A stretch of DNA of 64,000 nt from Phycisphaerae bacterium (GTDB taxonomy: Bacteria; Planctomycetota; Phycisphaerae; UBA1845; Fen-1342): assembly GCA_050115495.1 (NCBI GenBank), contig JASFQK010000035.1:1-64000 (forward strand), given 5' to 3'. How positions within the stretch are numbered: position 1 is the first letter of the stretch; every line of letters starts with the position of its first letter. Below the pieces are notes generated by a model. It ran no database searches and was not told the DNA's origin. It worked only from the letters and a program-made list of their open reading frames with translations. Position numbers and translations under genes: made by a program. Shown piece by piece: positions 46,658 through 56,865 of the stretch.

Positions 46658-48528
46658 GGCTGCGGTTCTCCACTGTCCTCGGTGACGGCGTCGGGCCAGG
46701 CGTCGTCGAGATCGGGCCGCCCGAAGGGTCCCGCCGTCGGTGCCTCCGGCGACGGCGTATCGTGAATCAGACGCCACAGGAACGTGCGCATCCGCGTGCC
46801 GTCGTCGTCCCACAGGCGCTCGCCGAGCAGACGTTCCTTCAGGTGCATCGCCGGCATGTGCTTCGGCTGGTTGTTGAGCGTCATGCGTACGTTCAGCAGG
46901 GCGCGTTCGGAGTCGCCGGCTTCGAGCTGCCGCAGGGCCTCGTGATAGAAGGCCTGAGCCAGCCGCTCACGACCCGTGCCTAGCAGGCCCATGCGGTTAC
47001 CGACGCGGACGCGCTCCACGTCCTGGAGCAGCTCGCGGAATTCCTCCGCTTCCTGCGGCGTATCCTTCAGCACGTGCACCGTCAGCAGGATGATGACCTC
47101 TTCACGGACGGTCTGGTCGTTGCGGCTTTGGAAGAGCAGGCCGGCGATCGGAATGTTGCCCAGCACCGGGAGCTGGCTGCGCGAGCCAACCGTCCGCTCG
47201 CGGAACAACCCGCCGATCAGGATCGTGTTGCCATCCTTGAGCAGGATGTCGGCGTGTGCCTCGGTCGTTTCCTCGAAGGGCAGGTTCGCCGCGGTCAGAC
47301 CGCCGTTGCTGTCCTTCGGGTGCACGATCAGGCGAACGGTGCCGTCGTCACTGATGACCGGGCGGAACTTGAGCTGCGTGCCCGTCTCCAGGTACTCGAC
47401 CGTCTGCACCGCGGCCGTCTCGGTCACGGTCGTCGTCAGGTAGCCGTCGCGTCGCCCGACGATGACCTGCCCTTCCTGCTTGTTGAGCGAGACGATCTTG
47501 GGGTTGGCCACGACGACCACGTCCGTGACCTCTTCGAGGGCGCGGATGAAGCTGGCCACGTTGTCCTTGATCAGGCCGAAAGAGAAGCCGTCGCCGGTGA
47601 CGTTGCTCGTGAACTGCGTGTTCACGTTGAACGTCGTGTTCTGGAGCTTGCGGCTGGGCAACGCGCCGAGGGTCAGATCGGCGGTGGCGTTGCTCGCGCC
47701 GCCCACGTTCTGGAAGTCCACGCCGCCGAGCAGGGCGAAGTCGATGCCGAACTGGTTGGACTCGTTCAGCGTGGCCCGCAGGATGGTGGCCTCGATGAGC
47801 ACCTGCTGCGGCCGGCGATCCACCTGGGCGAGCAGCTCCGCCACGCGACCCATGTCCTCCTCCGGACAGGTGACGATCAGGTAGAAGCCGCCGGCCTCGC
47901 TGAACGAGCCCTCGGCGGTCGTCTCCGATATCTTCCCCCCCTCGCTGACGCGGGCGTCGTCGCCGAGCACGGCCTTCACCACGCCCACCGCCTCTTCGGG
48001 CGGCAGGTACTTCAGCTCGAAGACACGCGTCACCGGCGGCGACAGGGCGGTGATCTCCGCGGCCGTGCCGACGAAGATCGTGCCGTCCACCGCGCGGAAG
48101 TCGTACTGGTTCGGCGTAAGGATGGCGGAGAGGGCCTGTTCCAGCGTCACCGCGTACAGGTTGGCGGACACGCTGCCGGTCACGCTCGTGCTGCTGACGA
48201 TGTTCGCCCGCGCCTCGTAGCTGAGCATCTCAAGCAGCGTCGGCAGGGCCATGTCGCGCACGTGCACATCCAGCAGGCCGGTGTCGGTCAGGCCGACCTC
48301 CCCGCCGGGCTCCACGAGCGAAACGTCCTCCTCGTCATAGGCCGGTGTCGCCGGCTGCGGCGGCCCGCCCACGAGCGAGGACAACATGTTGAAGACGTTC
48401 GGCGGGGACTGCTGGGCGGGCGACGTGCCTTGCGCGGCGGTCAACGGTATGACCAGCCCAAGGGCAACGACAACCGCCAGCCGAACACCCGCCGGGAGAG
48501 AGAAGTCATGATTACTCATGGTGAACAC
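46654..48528 (-). CDS. Secretin (GspD/PilQ/MshL family) with C-terminal TPR-like extension
   Basis: Signal peptide, N0/N3 domains, DRRPQQVLIEATI, ANPKIVSLN, DGNTILIGGL, LPVLGNIPIAGLLF. Confidence 0.92.
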   Translation of the reverse strand: MFTMSNHDFSLPAGVRLAVVVALGLVIPLTAAQGTSPAQQSPPNVFNMLSSLVGGPPQPATPAYDEEDVSLVEPGGEVGLTDTGLLDVHVRDMALPTLLEMLSYEARANIVSSTSVTGSVSANLYAVTLEQALSAILTPNQYDFRAVDGTIFVGTAAEITALSPPVTRVFELKYLPPEEAVGVVKAVLGDDARVSEGGKISETTAEGSFSEAGGFYLIVTCPEEDMGRVAELLAQVDRRPQQVLIEATILRATLNESNQFGIDFALLGGVDFQNVGGASNATADLTLGALPSRKLQNTTFNVNTQFTSNVTGDGFSFGLIKDNVASFIRALEEVTDVVVVANPKIVSLNKQEGQVIVGRRDGYLTTTVTETAAVQTVEYLETGTQLKFRPVISDDGTVRLIVHPKDSNGGLTAANLPFEETTEAHADILLKDGNTILIGGLFRERTVGSRSQLPVLGNIPIAGLLFQSRNDQTVREEVIILLTVHVLKDTPQEAEEFRELLQDVERVRVGNRMGLLGTGRERLAQAFYHEALRQLEAGDSERALLNVRMTLNNQPKHMPAMHLKERLLGERLWDDDGTRMRTFLWRLIHDTPSPEAPTAGPFGRPDLDDAWPDAVTEDSGEPQP

Positions 48529-48666
48529 GGCTCACCTTCCGAACAGGATTGGAGCGGTCCCGGCGCCCCAGGGTCGCCGGGCCAAGGACTCATAACCCTA
48601 GATCGGAGGTCGGTTATCGGTGGGTTCAACAAAACTGCTCGTCCGGCCCCGAGCGGCGGAGGCGAG

Positions 48667-48693
48667 CAAAGGCCGGCGGCGGCGTGGTCGATG
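48667..48693 (+). promoter_or_regulatory. Putative sigma28/WhiG-like promoter of the second pilin
   Basis: CAAAG-N15-GTCGATG. Confidence 0.45.
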
Positions 48694-48791
48694 AACCATA
48701 TGAGCTACCCGGTCACGCGACGGGTGGCCGGCGCGGGGTGACCGGCCCCGACCAGCGGCCGGCGTCGCCGAACCCCACGAGGAACGACCCG

Positions 48792-49289
48792 ATGCCCGAC
48801 AGGCGGAAATTGCGCGGTTTCACCCTGGTGGAGCTGGTGTTCGTGCTGGCCATCCTGGCGATCGTGGCGGCGATCGCCGTCCCGCGTTTCGCCAACGCCG
48901 CCACCCGGCAGCGGGTCGAGGTGGCCGCCGCCCGCGTCCTGCATGACCTCGAGCTAGCCCAGCGGCACGCCCGCCTTACCAGCGCCGCAGTCACCGTGAC
49001 CTTCACGGCCGCCACCGACAGCTACGCGCTCAACGAGCTCGACGATCTCGATCACCCCGGCCAGGTCTACACGGTGAAGCTGGGAGAGTCGCCCTACGAA
49101 GTCAGCCTGCACAACGTCACCTTCGGCGGCAGCACCACGCTAACGTTCGACGGCTACGGCGTGCCGAGCAGCGATGGGACGCTCATGCTGGGTGCCGGTC
49201 CGTACCGCGCGACGATCAGCTTCACCGACGGTGTCGGGACGACGGAAGTATCGGTGAGCGTGGTGACCGCGGAGGCGGAAGCGGGGTAG
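48792..49289 (+). CDS. Minor pilin, GspH/FimT-like
   Basis: MPDRRKLRG|FTLVELVFVLAILAIVAAIAVP, DLELAQRHA, LTFDGYG. Confidence 0.88.
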   Translation: MPDRRKLRGFTLVELVFVLAILAIVAAIAVPRFANAATRQRVEVAAARVLHDLELAQRHARLTSAAVTVTFTAATDSYALNELDDLDHPGQVYTVKLGESPYEVSLHNVTFGGSTTLTFDGYGVPSSDGTLMLGAGPYRATISFTDGVGTTEVSVSVVTAEAEAG

Positions 49290-49311
49290 CGGAGAGGGAG
49301 CGGCGCAGCGC

Positions 49312-50718
49312 TTACAGCAGCGTGCCACGCAGGATGGTCAGCGCCGTGTAGAAGTAGATGATGATGCCGCTGATGTCGACGATCGTCGTCACGAAGGGGG
49401 CGGAGCTCGTCGCCGGATCGACCCCCAGTCGTCGGAACAGCAGCGGCAGCATGCTACCGATGAGCGTGCCCCACAGCACGATGCCGACCAGCGCCCCACC
49501 GATCGTAAGACTCAGCAGCAGCCAGTACTCGGTGTAGTTCGCCCAGCCGAGTTGCTGCCACACCAGCACGCGGGCCGTGCCGATGAGCCCCAGCAGCAGG
49601 CCGAGCATACAGCCGCAAGCGAACTCGCGCACCAGGATGCGCCACCAGTCCCGCAGCGTGATCTCGCCGATGGCCATGGCCCGGATGATCAGCGACGCGG
49701 CCTGCGAGCCGGTGTTGCCGCCGCTGCTGATGAGCAAGGGGATGAACAGCATCAGCACGGCCGCCCGGCCCAATTCGTCCTCGAAGGACTCCATGGCGCT
49801 GATCGTGAGCATCTGCCCCAGGAACAGCACGCCCAGCCACACCGCGCGCTTGCGCACCAGCGTCGGCACCGACACGTTGAGGTAGGGCTCGGCCAGGGCC
49901 TCGACCGCCGCCATCTTGTGGATGTCCTCGGTCACTTCCTCCTCGGCGACATCGGCCACATCGTCGAAGGTGACCACGCCCACCAGCACGCCCTGCGAAT
50001 CCACCACCGGCAGAACGGGGCGGTCGTAACGCTCGAACTCGCTGACCGCCAGCTCCTGGTCCTCGCGGGCCGGCAGCGACGGCACGTTGGTGTTCATCAG
50101 CGATTCGATCGTCGCTTCCGGAGCCGCCAGCAGGAGATCGTGCAAACGCACCTCCGCCACCAAGCGGCTGGTGTGGTCAATCACGTAGAGGGTGTCCAGC
50201 GTTTCGGCGTGCGCGCCGCGCTGGCGGATGTGCTCCAACGCCCGGGCCACCGTCCACTCCGGCCGCACCCGAACGTAGTTGGGCGTCATAATGCGGCCGA
50301 TGCTCTCCGCCGGATAGCCGAGGATGAGCTGCGTCTCGCGCCGCTCCTCCGGACCCAGCAGGGCGAAGAGCCGGTTGACCAGGTCGCCGGGCATTTCGTC
50401 AAACAGCTCGGCCCGGTCGTCGGGATCCATGTCCTGGAAGAGCTGGGAGAGCTGCTGGCTGCTCAGACTGTGCAGCAGCTCCTCCTGCGGTTCGAGCGGT
50501 AGGTAGGCAAAGACCTCGGCGGCCAGGGCCTGCGGCAACAGGCGAAACGCCACGCCCCGCAGCCGCGGCTCGAGCTCCTCGAGAACGTCGGCAATCTCCG
50601 GCTCGAGCAGGGACAGCAACGCTTCACGCGCCTGCTTAATGGCCCCACCGTCCAGCAGGTCGGCGATTTCCGGCGCGACCAGCCGGCCGGTCACGTGCGT
50701 ATCGGTCGTGGAGCTCAT
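49312..50718 (-). CDS. mgtE: Magnesium transporter MgtE
   Basis: MDPDD, CBS pair, SGGNTGSQ, DPATSSAPFVTTIVD. Confidence 0.96.
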   Translation of the reverse strand: MSSTTDTHVTGRLVAPEIADLLDGGAIKQAREALLSLLEPEIADVLEELEPRLRGVAFRLLPQALAAEVFAYLPLEPQEELLHSLSSQQLSQLFQDMDPDDRAELFDEMPGDLVNRLFALLGPEERRETQLILGYPAESIGRIMTPNYVRVRPEWTVARALEHIRQRGAHAETLDTLYVIDHTSRLVAEVRLHDLLLAAPEATIESLMNTNVPSLPAREDQELAVSEFERYDRPVLPVVDSQGVLVGVVTFDDVADVAEEEVTEDIHKMAAVEALAEPYLNVSVPTLVRKRAVWLGVLFLGQMLTISAMESFEDELGRAAVLMLFIPLLISSGGNTGSQAASLIIRAMAIGEITLRDWWRILVREFACGCMLGLLLGLIGTARVLVWQQLGWANYTEYWLLLSLTIGGALVGIVLWGTLIGSMLPLLFRRLGVDPATSSAPFVTTIVDISGIIIYFYTALTILRGTLL

Positions 50719-50833
50719 TCACGCTCCCGCGGAGGAAGGCCCTGTCTCGACTGCGCCGCGCGCTGCGTGTCTCGCTATTTACCCGCGAGAGGCTATTCGC
50801 CGCAAGCCGCCGCGTGCGAATGACCCGCGCCGT

Positions 50834-53503
50834 TCAGGCTCGCGCCGGGTCGACCGCCTCGGGGTCCAGGCCCAACTCGCCGAGCGCCGCCCCCAGGCGC
50901 TCCGCCGGATAGGCCCCGCGTCGCGCCAATTCGTACAGCGCGGCGTAGGCGATATGCTCGGCGTCGGTCTCGAAGTGCCGCCGCAGGGCCGCCCGCGTGT
51001 CACTGCGGCCGAAGCCCTCGGTGCCCAGCGAACAGATGCCCGCCGGCGTCCACGGGCACAGCCGCTCGGCCAGGGCGTTCACGTAGTCGCTCGTGGCGAT
51101 CGCCGGCCATGGCTCGGGGTCGAACTGCTGCCGGATGTACGGCGTGCGCTGCGGCTCGCCCGGATGCAGGCGGTTCCAGCGCTGCGTGGCCATCGCGTCG
51201 CGGTAGAGCTCGTTGTAGCTGGTGACGCTCCAGACTGCCGACCCCACGATGAACCGCGATTGCAGGATCTCCTGGGCCCGCAGCGCCTCGCGCAACAGCG
51301 GACCGCTGCCCAGCAGGTGCACGCGCGGAATGCCGGTCGCATCGGGCGCGGGCCGCACCTTGTACATCCCGCGCAAGATGCCCTCGTTCACGTCCTCCGG
51401 CAGCGGCGGCTGTTCGTACAGCTCGTTGTACACCGTCAGGTAATAGAAGATGGATTCCTGCTTCTCGTACATCCGGCGGATGCCGTCGTGCAGGATCACC
51501 GCCAATTCGTACGCGTACGCCGGGTCGTACGAGACGCAGTTCGGCACGGTGCTGGCCACGAGCTGGCTCTGCCCGTCCTGGTGCTGGAGCCCCTCACCGG
51601 TGAGCGTCGTCCGGCCGGCGGTGCCACCCACGAGGAAGCCACGCGTGCGCAGGTCGGCCGCCGCCCAGATGCTGTCGGCCACGCGCTGGAAGCCGAACAT
51701 CGAGTAGAAGATGAAGAACGGAATCGTGTTCACGCCGTGCGTGGCATAAGCGCTGCCGGCGGCGGTGAACGAGGCCATCGAGCCGGCCTCGGTGATACCC
51801 TCTTCGAGAATCTGCCCGTTCTTCCGCTCCTCGTAGCGCATCAGCAGGTGGGCGTCGACCGGCTCGTAAAGCTGGCCGGTGCGGGCGTAGATGCCATACC
51901 GGCGGAACAGGGCGTCCATGCCAAACGTACGGGCCTCGTCCGGCACGATCGGCACGATCAACCGCCCGAGCTCCGGATCGGCCAGCAGCCGGGCCAGCAT
52001 GCGCATGAAGGCCATCGTCGTCGCCGCCGGCGTCGCGCCACCGCCCTTGTAGAACTCGGCGAAGACCTCCGGCGACGGTGCGGGCAGCACGGGACTAGTG
52101 GCCCGCCGGTGCGGCAGCGAGCCGCCGAGCGCCTCCCGCCGGGCCATCAGGTACTCGTATTCCTGGCTCGATTCGGGGAAGCGGCAGAACGGCGCCTCGT
52201 CGATCTGCTGATCGCTGACCGGAATATCGAAACGATCGCGGAACTTGCGCAGCTCCTCCTCGCTAAGCTTCTTCTGTTGATGGGTGATGTTCTTCCCCTC
52301 GCCCGCCTCGCCCAGGCCGTACCCCTTGATTGTGCGGGCCAGCACGACCGTCGGCTGTCCGCGGTGCGCCGTCGCGGCAGCATAAGCGGCGTAGACCTTC
52401 TCCGGATCGTGACCGCCGTAGCGCAGGTTGCGGATCTGCTCATCCGTCAGATGGTCGACCAGCTTGGCCAGGCGCAGATCGCGACCGAAGAAGTGCTCGC
52501 GGGCGTACGCCCCGGACTCGACCGTGTACCGCTGCCACTCGCCGTCGACGATCTCGTGCATGTGTTCGATGAGCGCCCCATCCGCATCGGCCGCGAACAA
52601 CGGGTCCCAGTCACTGCCCCAGATAACCTTGATCACGTGCCAGCCGGCACCGCGGAAGGCCGCCTCCAATTCCTGAATGATGTTGCCGTTGCCGCGAACC
52701 GGCCCGTCGAGCCGCTGCAGATTGCAGTTCACGACCCACGTGAGGTTGTCGAGCTGCTCGCGGCCGGCGAGCGTGATCGCCCCCAGGCTTTCTGGCTCGT
52801 CCGTCTCGCCGTCGCCAAGGAAGCACCACACACGTGACCGCGACGTATCCAGCAGACCGCGGTCCGTCAGATAGGCGTTGAAGCGCGCCTGGTAGATCGA
52901 GCTGATCGGCGCCAGTCCCATCGAGACGGTCGGGAACTCCCAGAAGTCGGGCATCAGCCACGGATGCGGATACGACGACAGACCACCGCCGGGGGCCAGC
53001 TCCCGCCGGAAGTTGTGCAGCTTCTGCTCGTCGAGCCGCCCTTCGAGAAACGCCCGGGCGTACACACCGGGAGCAGTATGCCCCTGGATGTAGATCTGGT
53101 CGCCGGGCTCGTCGTCGGTGCGGGCCCGGAAGAAGTGGTTGAAGCCGATCTCGTACAACGTGGCTGCCGAGGCATACGACGAGATATGCCCGCCGATGCC
53201 GTCGGCCGCCCGGTTCGCCCGCACAACCATCGCCATGGCGTTCCAGCGGACGAAGCTCTTGATCCGCCGCTCGATCTCCCGGTCGCCGGGAAACGGCGGC
53301 TGCTCGGCGGCGCGGATGGTGTTCATGTAGGGCGTATTCGGCGCGAACGGGAAGACGATCTGCCGCCGACGGGCCCAGCGGCAGAGCTGTTCGAGCAGAA
53401 ACTCGATGCGCTGCGTCCCGGACTGGCGCGTGGCCGACTCGGCGGAGGCGATCCACTCGGCGGTCTCCAGCGGATCGGAATCCTGGTGGTTCATCGGCGA
53501 CAT
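50834..53503 (-). CDS. aceE: Pyruvate dehydrogenase E1, homodimeric type
   Basis: DSDPLETAEW, GGHISSYAS, SSYPHPWLMP, GDGETDEPE, NCNLQRLDGPV, PDEARTFGM, GFGRSDTR. Confidence 0.97.
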   Translation of the reverse strand: MSPMNHQDSDPLETAEWIASAESATRQSGTQRIEFLLEQLCRWARRRQIVFPFAPNTPYMNTIRAAEQPPFPGDREIERRIKSFVRWNAMAMVVRANRAADGIGGHISSYASAATLYEIGFNHFFRARTDDEPGDQIYIQGHTAPGVYARAFLEGRLDEQKLHNFRRELAPGGGLSSYPHPWLMPDFWEFPTVSMGLAPISSIYQARFNAYLTDRGLLDTSRSRVWCFLGDGETDEPESLGAITLAGREQLDNLTWVVNCNLQRLDGPVRGNGNIIQELEAAFRGAGWHVIKVIWGSDWDPLFAADADGALIEHMHEIVDGEWQRYTVESGAYAREHFFGRDLRLAKLVDHLTDEQIRNLRYGGHDPEKVYAAYAAATAHRGQPTVVLARTIKGYGLGEAGEGKNITHQQKKLSEEELRKFRDRFDIPVSDQQIDEAPFCRFPESSQEYEYLMARREALGGSLPHRRATSPVLPAPSPEVFAEFYKGGGATPAATTMAFMRMLARLLADPELGRLIVPIVPDEARTFGMDALFRRYGIYARTGQLYEPVDAHLLMRYEERKNGQILEEGITEAGSMASFTAAGSAYATHGVNTIPFFIFYSMFGFQRVADSIWAAADLRTRGFLVGGTAGRTTLTGEGLQHQDGQSQLVASTVPNCVSYDPAYAYELAVILHDGIRRMYEKQESIFYYLTVYNELYEQPPLPEDVNEGILRGMYKVRPAPDATGIPRVHLLGSGPLLREALRAQEILQSRFIVGSAVWSVTSYNELYRDAMATQRWNRLHPGEPQRTPYIRQQFDPEPWPAIATSDYVNALAERLCPWTPAGICSLGTEGFGRSDTRAALRRHFETDAEHIAYAALYELARRGAYPAERLGAALGELGLDPEAVDPARA

Positions 53504-53705
53504 GGTATTGCCCCTGTCTTGCGTACCTTCATTGCCTGGATGGAGCGGTGCCTTCGGCCACGCACACAACCGCGCTAGTTATTATAGTCGCCGCCCCGGC
53601 CATGGACCGGCCGGCATCGCGATATTGCTCCGGCCTATGCCGACCGCTACACTTCCCGCCGGCGGGGTAATCATGCCTGTACCCGCCTTTTGGGAGGCGT
53701 AATCC

Positions 53706-56375
53706 GTGGAAACGCTGGTCATCCTGGTGCTGGCGTTGCTTGCTGTACCGGTCATCGCCCTCGTTCTGGCCATATGGGCCCTGTCGCGGCTGGGCGAACT
53801 CCAGCGCAAGCTGGAGCGGCTGGAGGGGCACCTGCGCCAGCGGGACCAAACGCCGGTCCACCCAGCGCCGCCGACACCCCACGTTCCACCAGCGGCCGAA
53901 CCCGAGCCGCCATCTGCCGCGGAACCCCCACCGCCGTCGGTCGAAGCGCCACTTTCGAGCCACCTGCTCGATCTGAGGAAGAAAGCGGAACAGCCGGAGG
54001 TACCGACCGGCGTGGCGGAGCCAGCGCCACCGATCAGCGTGGCGGACGTCAGCCCCGAGACCAGCAAACCCGAACCCGCGCCGGCACGCCCGCGGTTAGA
54101 GGAGCTGCTGGGCACGCGGCTGTTCGTGTGGATCGGCGCGTTGGCGATCTTCCTGGCCGGCGCGCTCTTCGTGAAATTCGCCATCGACCTCGGCATGCTC
54201 ACGCCGACCGTCCGCGTCGTCCTTCTGACCGCCCTGGGTGCGGTGCTGCTGGTGCTGGGCGAGTGGTGGCGCGTGCGTTACGCGCGAATCGCCCAGGGCG
54301 TCACTGCCGCCGGCGTGGCCTGCCTGTTCGCCGCGTTCCTCGCCGCCGTGAACCCGTGGCACCTCATTCCCCGCGAGGTCGGCTTCGCCCTGCTGGCGGC
54401 GAACACAGCGCTGGCCGTCGGCCTGTCCCTGCGACAGGGTCCGTTCGTCGCCCTGCTCGGCCTCATCGGCGGATTCGCGACACCGGCTCTGATCGGCTCG
54501 GAAGAACCTCAACCGGGCGTGCTCTTCACCTACCTGTTCCTGCTGCAAGCCGGTCTGCTGACTGTCACGCGCCGCCGGCAATGGTGGCCGCTGGGCTGGC
54601 TGACGCAGGTGGCCGCCCTGGGCTGGGTGGCGTTGTGGCTGTTCACGAATTACGTGCCGGCCGACAGCGTCTGGATCGGACCGTTCCTGATCGCCGGCGT
54701 GGTGGTATTCGTGGCGGCCACCTTCCAGCGCCCGTCGCCAAACCGTGCCGGTACACAGAACAACGAAACCATCGCCATCCTCGGGGCGATCGCCGGACTG
54801 GTGATGCTCGCCGTGCTCGTCGGGGCCGGCGGCTTCGCCACCATGGACTGGGTGTTCCTGGGCCTGCTCGGCGCGGGCGCCATGGTCCTGGCCCGACTGG
54901 ACGCCCGGTACGAGCCGCTGGCGTGGATCGCGCCTGCGGCCAGCGCCGCCCTGCTGATCGCCTGGGGCCTGAAGCTGCCCCCGGCGGATACGGTCCGGTT
55001 CGGCCAAACCGCCCTCGCCCTGGGCGTCCTCTACGCCGGGGGCGCCTACGCCGCCTCGTGGGGGGCGCGTCTCGCCGCCGCCTGGGCCAGCGTCTCCGTC
55101 GCGTTGGCGCTGGCCTATCTACTGATTAGTTATGGTTGTCTTGAGTATCTGCCCGCACGACCGGCGGGCCTGCGCTGGGGCGCGATCTGCCTCATCCTGG
55201 CGGCGATCTACGCCGTCGGTTCGGTGCCGATCTTCCTCCGCCGTGCCCGTGTGGCGGGCAGCGAGATGACGCTGGCTGCCCTGCTGACGGGCGTCACCTG
55301 CTTCGTGAGCCTGGCCATGCCGATCGAGCTCGAGAAGCACTGGATCGGCGTGGCCTGGGCGCTCGAAGTGCCCGCCCTGGCCCTGATGGGTGGATGGCTG
55401 CGCGTGCCCGCACTGCGGACGCTCGCCGGCGGCCTGGCGATCCTGGCAACCGGCTGGCTGTGTCAGCCCGGCGTGCTCTGGTATCCGCTGGGGACGAACC
55501 CGGTCTTCGACTGGATCGTCTACGCCTACATCGTCTCGGCCGTCGCCTTCGCCGTTGCCGCGTGGAGCTATCAGCGGCAAGGCGTTCTGGTCCTGGCCGA
55601 CGCATTGCGGGCGGGCGTCGTGCTGATGGTGCTCGCCCTGTTGACGCTGAAAGTCCGGCGATACTTCCATCCAGAGGCGCTGCACGAGCTGGAATACTCG
55701 CTTCGGGAATGTGCGGCGTACACGAGCGCCTGGCTGCTGCTGGCCGCCGGGGCGGCGTTTTGGGCGCGGCGGGCCGGGCAATACTGGCTGCCGCTGGCCG
55801 GCAACATCGTCTTCGCCGGCGCCGCGCTCCTCGTTCTCGGCGTGCTCGCCCTCGCCAACAACCCTACGTGGAACCACGACTCGATCGGTGCGCGGCACAT
55901 CATCAACGACCTGCTCCTGATCTACGGCCTGCCGGCGCTGCTGATGCTCCCGCCCGCCTTTCTCTTCGCCCGCCGCGGCGAGCGGGACGCGGCGCGCGTC
56001 GCCGGCGGTCTGGCGCTCGGCCTCATCTTCCTGCTGGTGACACTGGAGGTGCGGCAGTGGTTCCGCGGCGAGTTCCTGGACGGCTCCGGAGCCACGTTGG
56101 CCGAGTCGTACGCCTACTCCGCCGCGTGGATCGCCCTGGGCATTACGCTGCTGGCCGGGGGCATTGCGACCCGCGGACTCGTCTTGCGCTGGGGGTCGCT
56201 GATCGTCATGCTGCTCTCGGTCGGCAAAGTGTTCCTCTTCGACACGGCTCACCTGCGCGACCTGTATCGCGTCTTCTCGCTGCTCGGGCTGGGGGTGAGC
56301 CTGCTGCTGCTGGCGTTTCTGTATCAGCGCTTCGTCTTCCGCCGGGAGGCCCCAACGCCACCGCCCGAGACATGA
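53706..56375 (+). CDS. DUF2339 family polytopic membrane protein
   Basis: RBS GGGAGG; LEELLGTRLFVWIG, LIGGFATP, YSAAW, KVFLFD. Confidence 0.88.
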   Translation: METLVILVLALLAVPVIALVLAIWALSRLGELQRKLERLEGHLRQRDQTPVHPAPPTPHVPPAAEPEPPSAAEPPPPSVEAPLSSHLLDLRKKAEQPEVPTGVAEPAPPISVADVSPETSKPEPAPARPRLEELLGTRLFVWIGALAIFLAGALFVKFAIDLGMLTPTVRVVLLTALGAVLLVLGEWWRVRYARIAQGVTAAGVACLFAAFLAAVNPWHLIPREVGFALLAANTALAVGLSLRQGPFVALLGLIGGFATPALIGSEEPQPGVLFTYLFLLQAGLLTVTRRRQWWPLGWLTQVAALGWVALWLFTNYVPADSVWIGPFLIAGVVVFVAATFQRPSPNRAGTQNNETIAILGAIAGLVMLAVLVGAGGFATMDWVFLGLLGAGAMVLARLDARYEPLAWIAPAASAALLIAWGLKLPPADTVRFGQTALALGVLYAGGAYAASWGARLAAAWASVSVALALAYLLISYGCLEYLPARPAGLRWGAICLILAAIYAVGSVPIFLRRARVAGSEMTLAALLTGVTCFVSLAMPIELEKHWIGVAWALEVPALALMGGWLRVPALRTLAGGLAILATGWLCQPGVLWYPLGTNPVFDWIVYAYIVSAVAFAVAAWSYQRQGVLVLADALRAGVVLMVLALLTLKVRRYFHPEALHELEYSLRECAAYTSAWLLLAAGAAFWARRAGQYWLPLAGNIVFAGAALLVLGVLALANNPTWNHDSIGARHIINDLLLIYGLPALLMLPPAFLFARRGERDAARVAGGLALGLIFLLVTLEVRQWFRGEFLDGSGATLAESYAYSAAWIALGITLLAGGIATRGLVLRWGSLIVMLLSVGKVFLFDTAHLRDLYRVFSLLGLGVSLLLLAFLYQRFVFRREAPTPPPET

Positions 56376-56550
56376 TGGGCACCGCCGTGGCCGCTCCACC
56401 CGTAACCCGTTGGCTCCGGGTACCTTACAATCAGTTCTCGGACCCCGGCCCGGACAGCCCGCGGCCAACCCGTTGCAGCCCGCCGTCCCCTGCGGTATGA
56501 TGCGCGGTTCGAGGTTGGAACGGCAGGAACGCTGGTCGCGAGGAGCTACC

Positions 56551-56865
56551 GTGTACGCGATATTCGAAGATGGCGGGAAGCAATATAAGGTAAGTACGGG
56601 CGACAAGGTCCTGCTCGAACGGCGCGACCTGCAAGAGGGTCAGACCGAACTGACGCTCGACAAAGTCCTCATGGTCGGCGAAGGCGCGGAGTCCCGCGTC
56701 GGCACCCCCTGGGTCGAAGGCGCCACCATCTCCGCCAAGATCGTCCAGGAGCTCAAGCTCCTCAAGGTCACCGGCGTCAAGTTCCGCCGGCGGAAGGGCT
56801 CCATGGTCCGCTGGGGCCACCGCCAGAAGGCGCTCAAGGTCGAGATCAGCGCGATCAATGCCTGA
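56551..56865 (+). CDS. rplU: 50S ribosomal protein L21
   Basis: YAIFEDGGKQYKV, KFRRRKG, GHRQ; RBS AGGAG. Confidence 0.96.
   Translation: MYAIFEDGGKQYKVSTGDKVLLERRDLQEGQTELTLDKVLMVGEGAESRVGTPWVEGATISAKIVQELKLLKVTGVKFRRRKGSMVRWGHRQKALKVEISAINA

Noticed and set aside
48614..48641. Fifth sigma28-like promoter for the secretin (minus strand ACCGATAA)
   Set aside because: The -10 element is good but there is no AAG-type -35 at the shared spacing, so it was not counted.
7916..52837. Many long antisense or alternate-frame ORFs (e.g. 7916-9385, 20258-22141, 25153-27051, 37783-39885, 50639-52837)
   Set aside because: These are shadow ORFs expected in high-GC DNA. They lie opposite well-supported genes and have no recognisable motifs.
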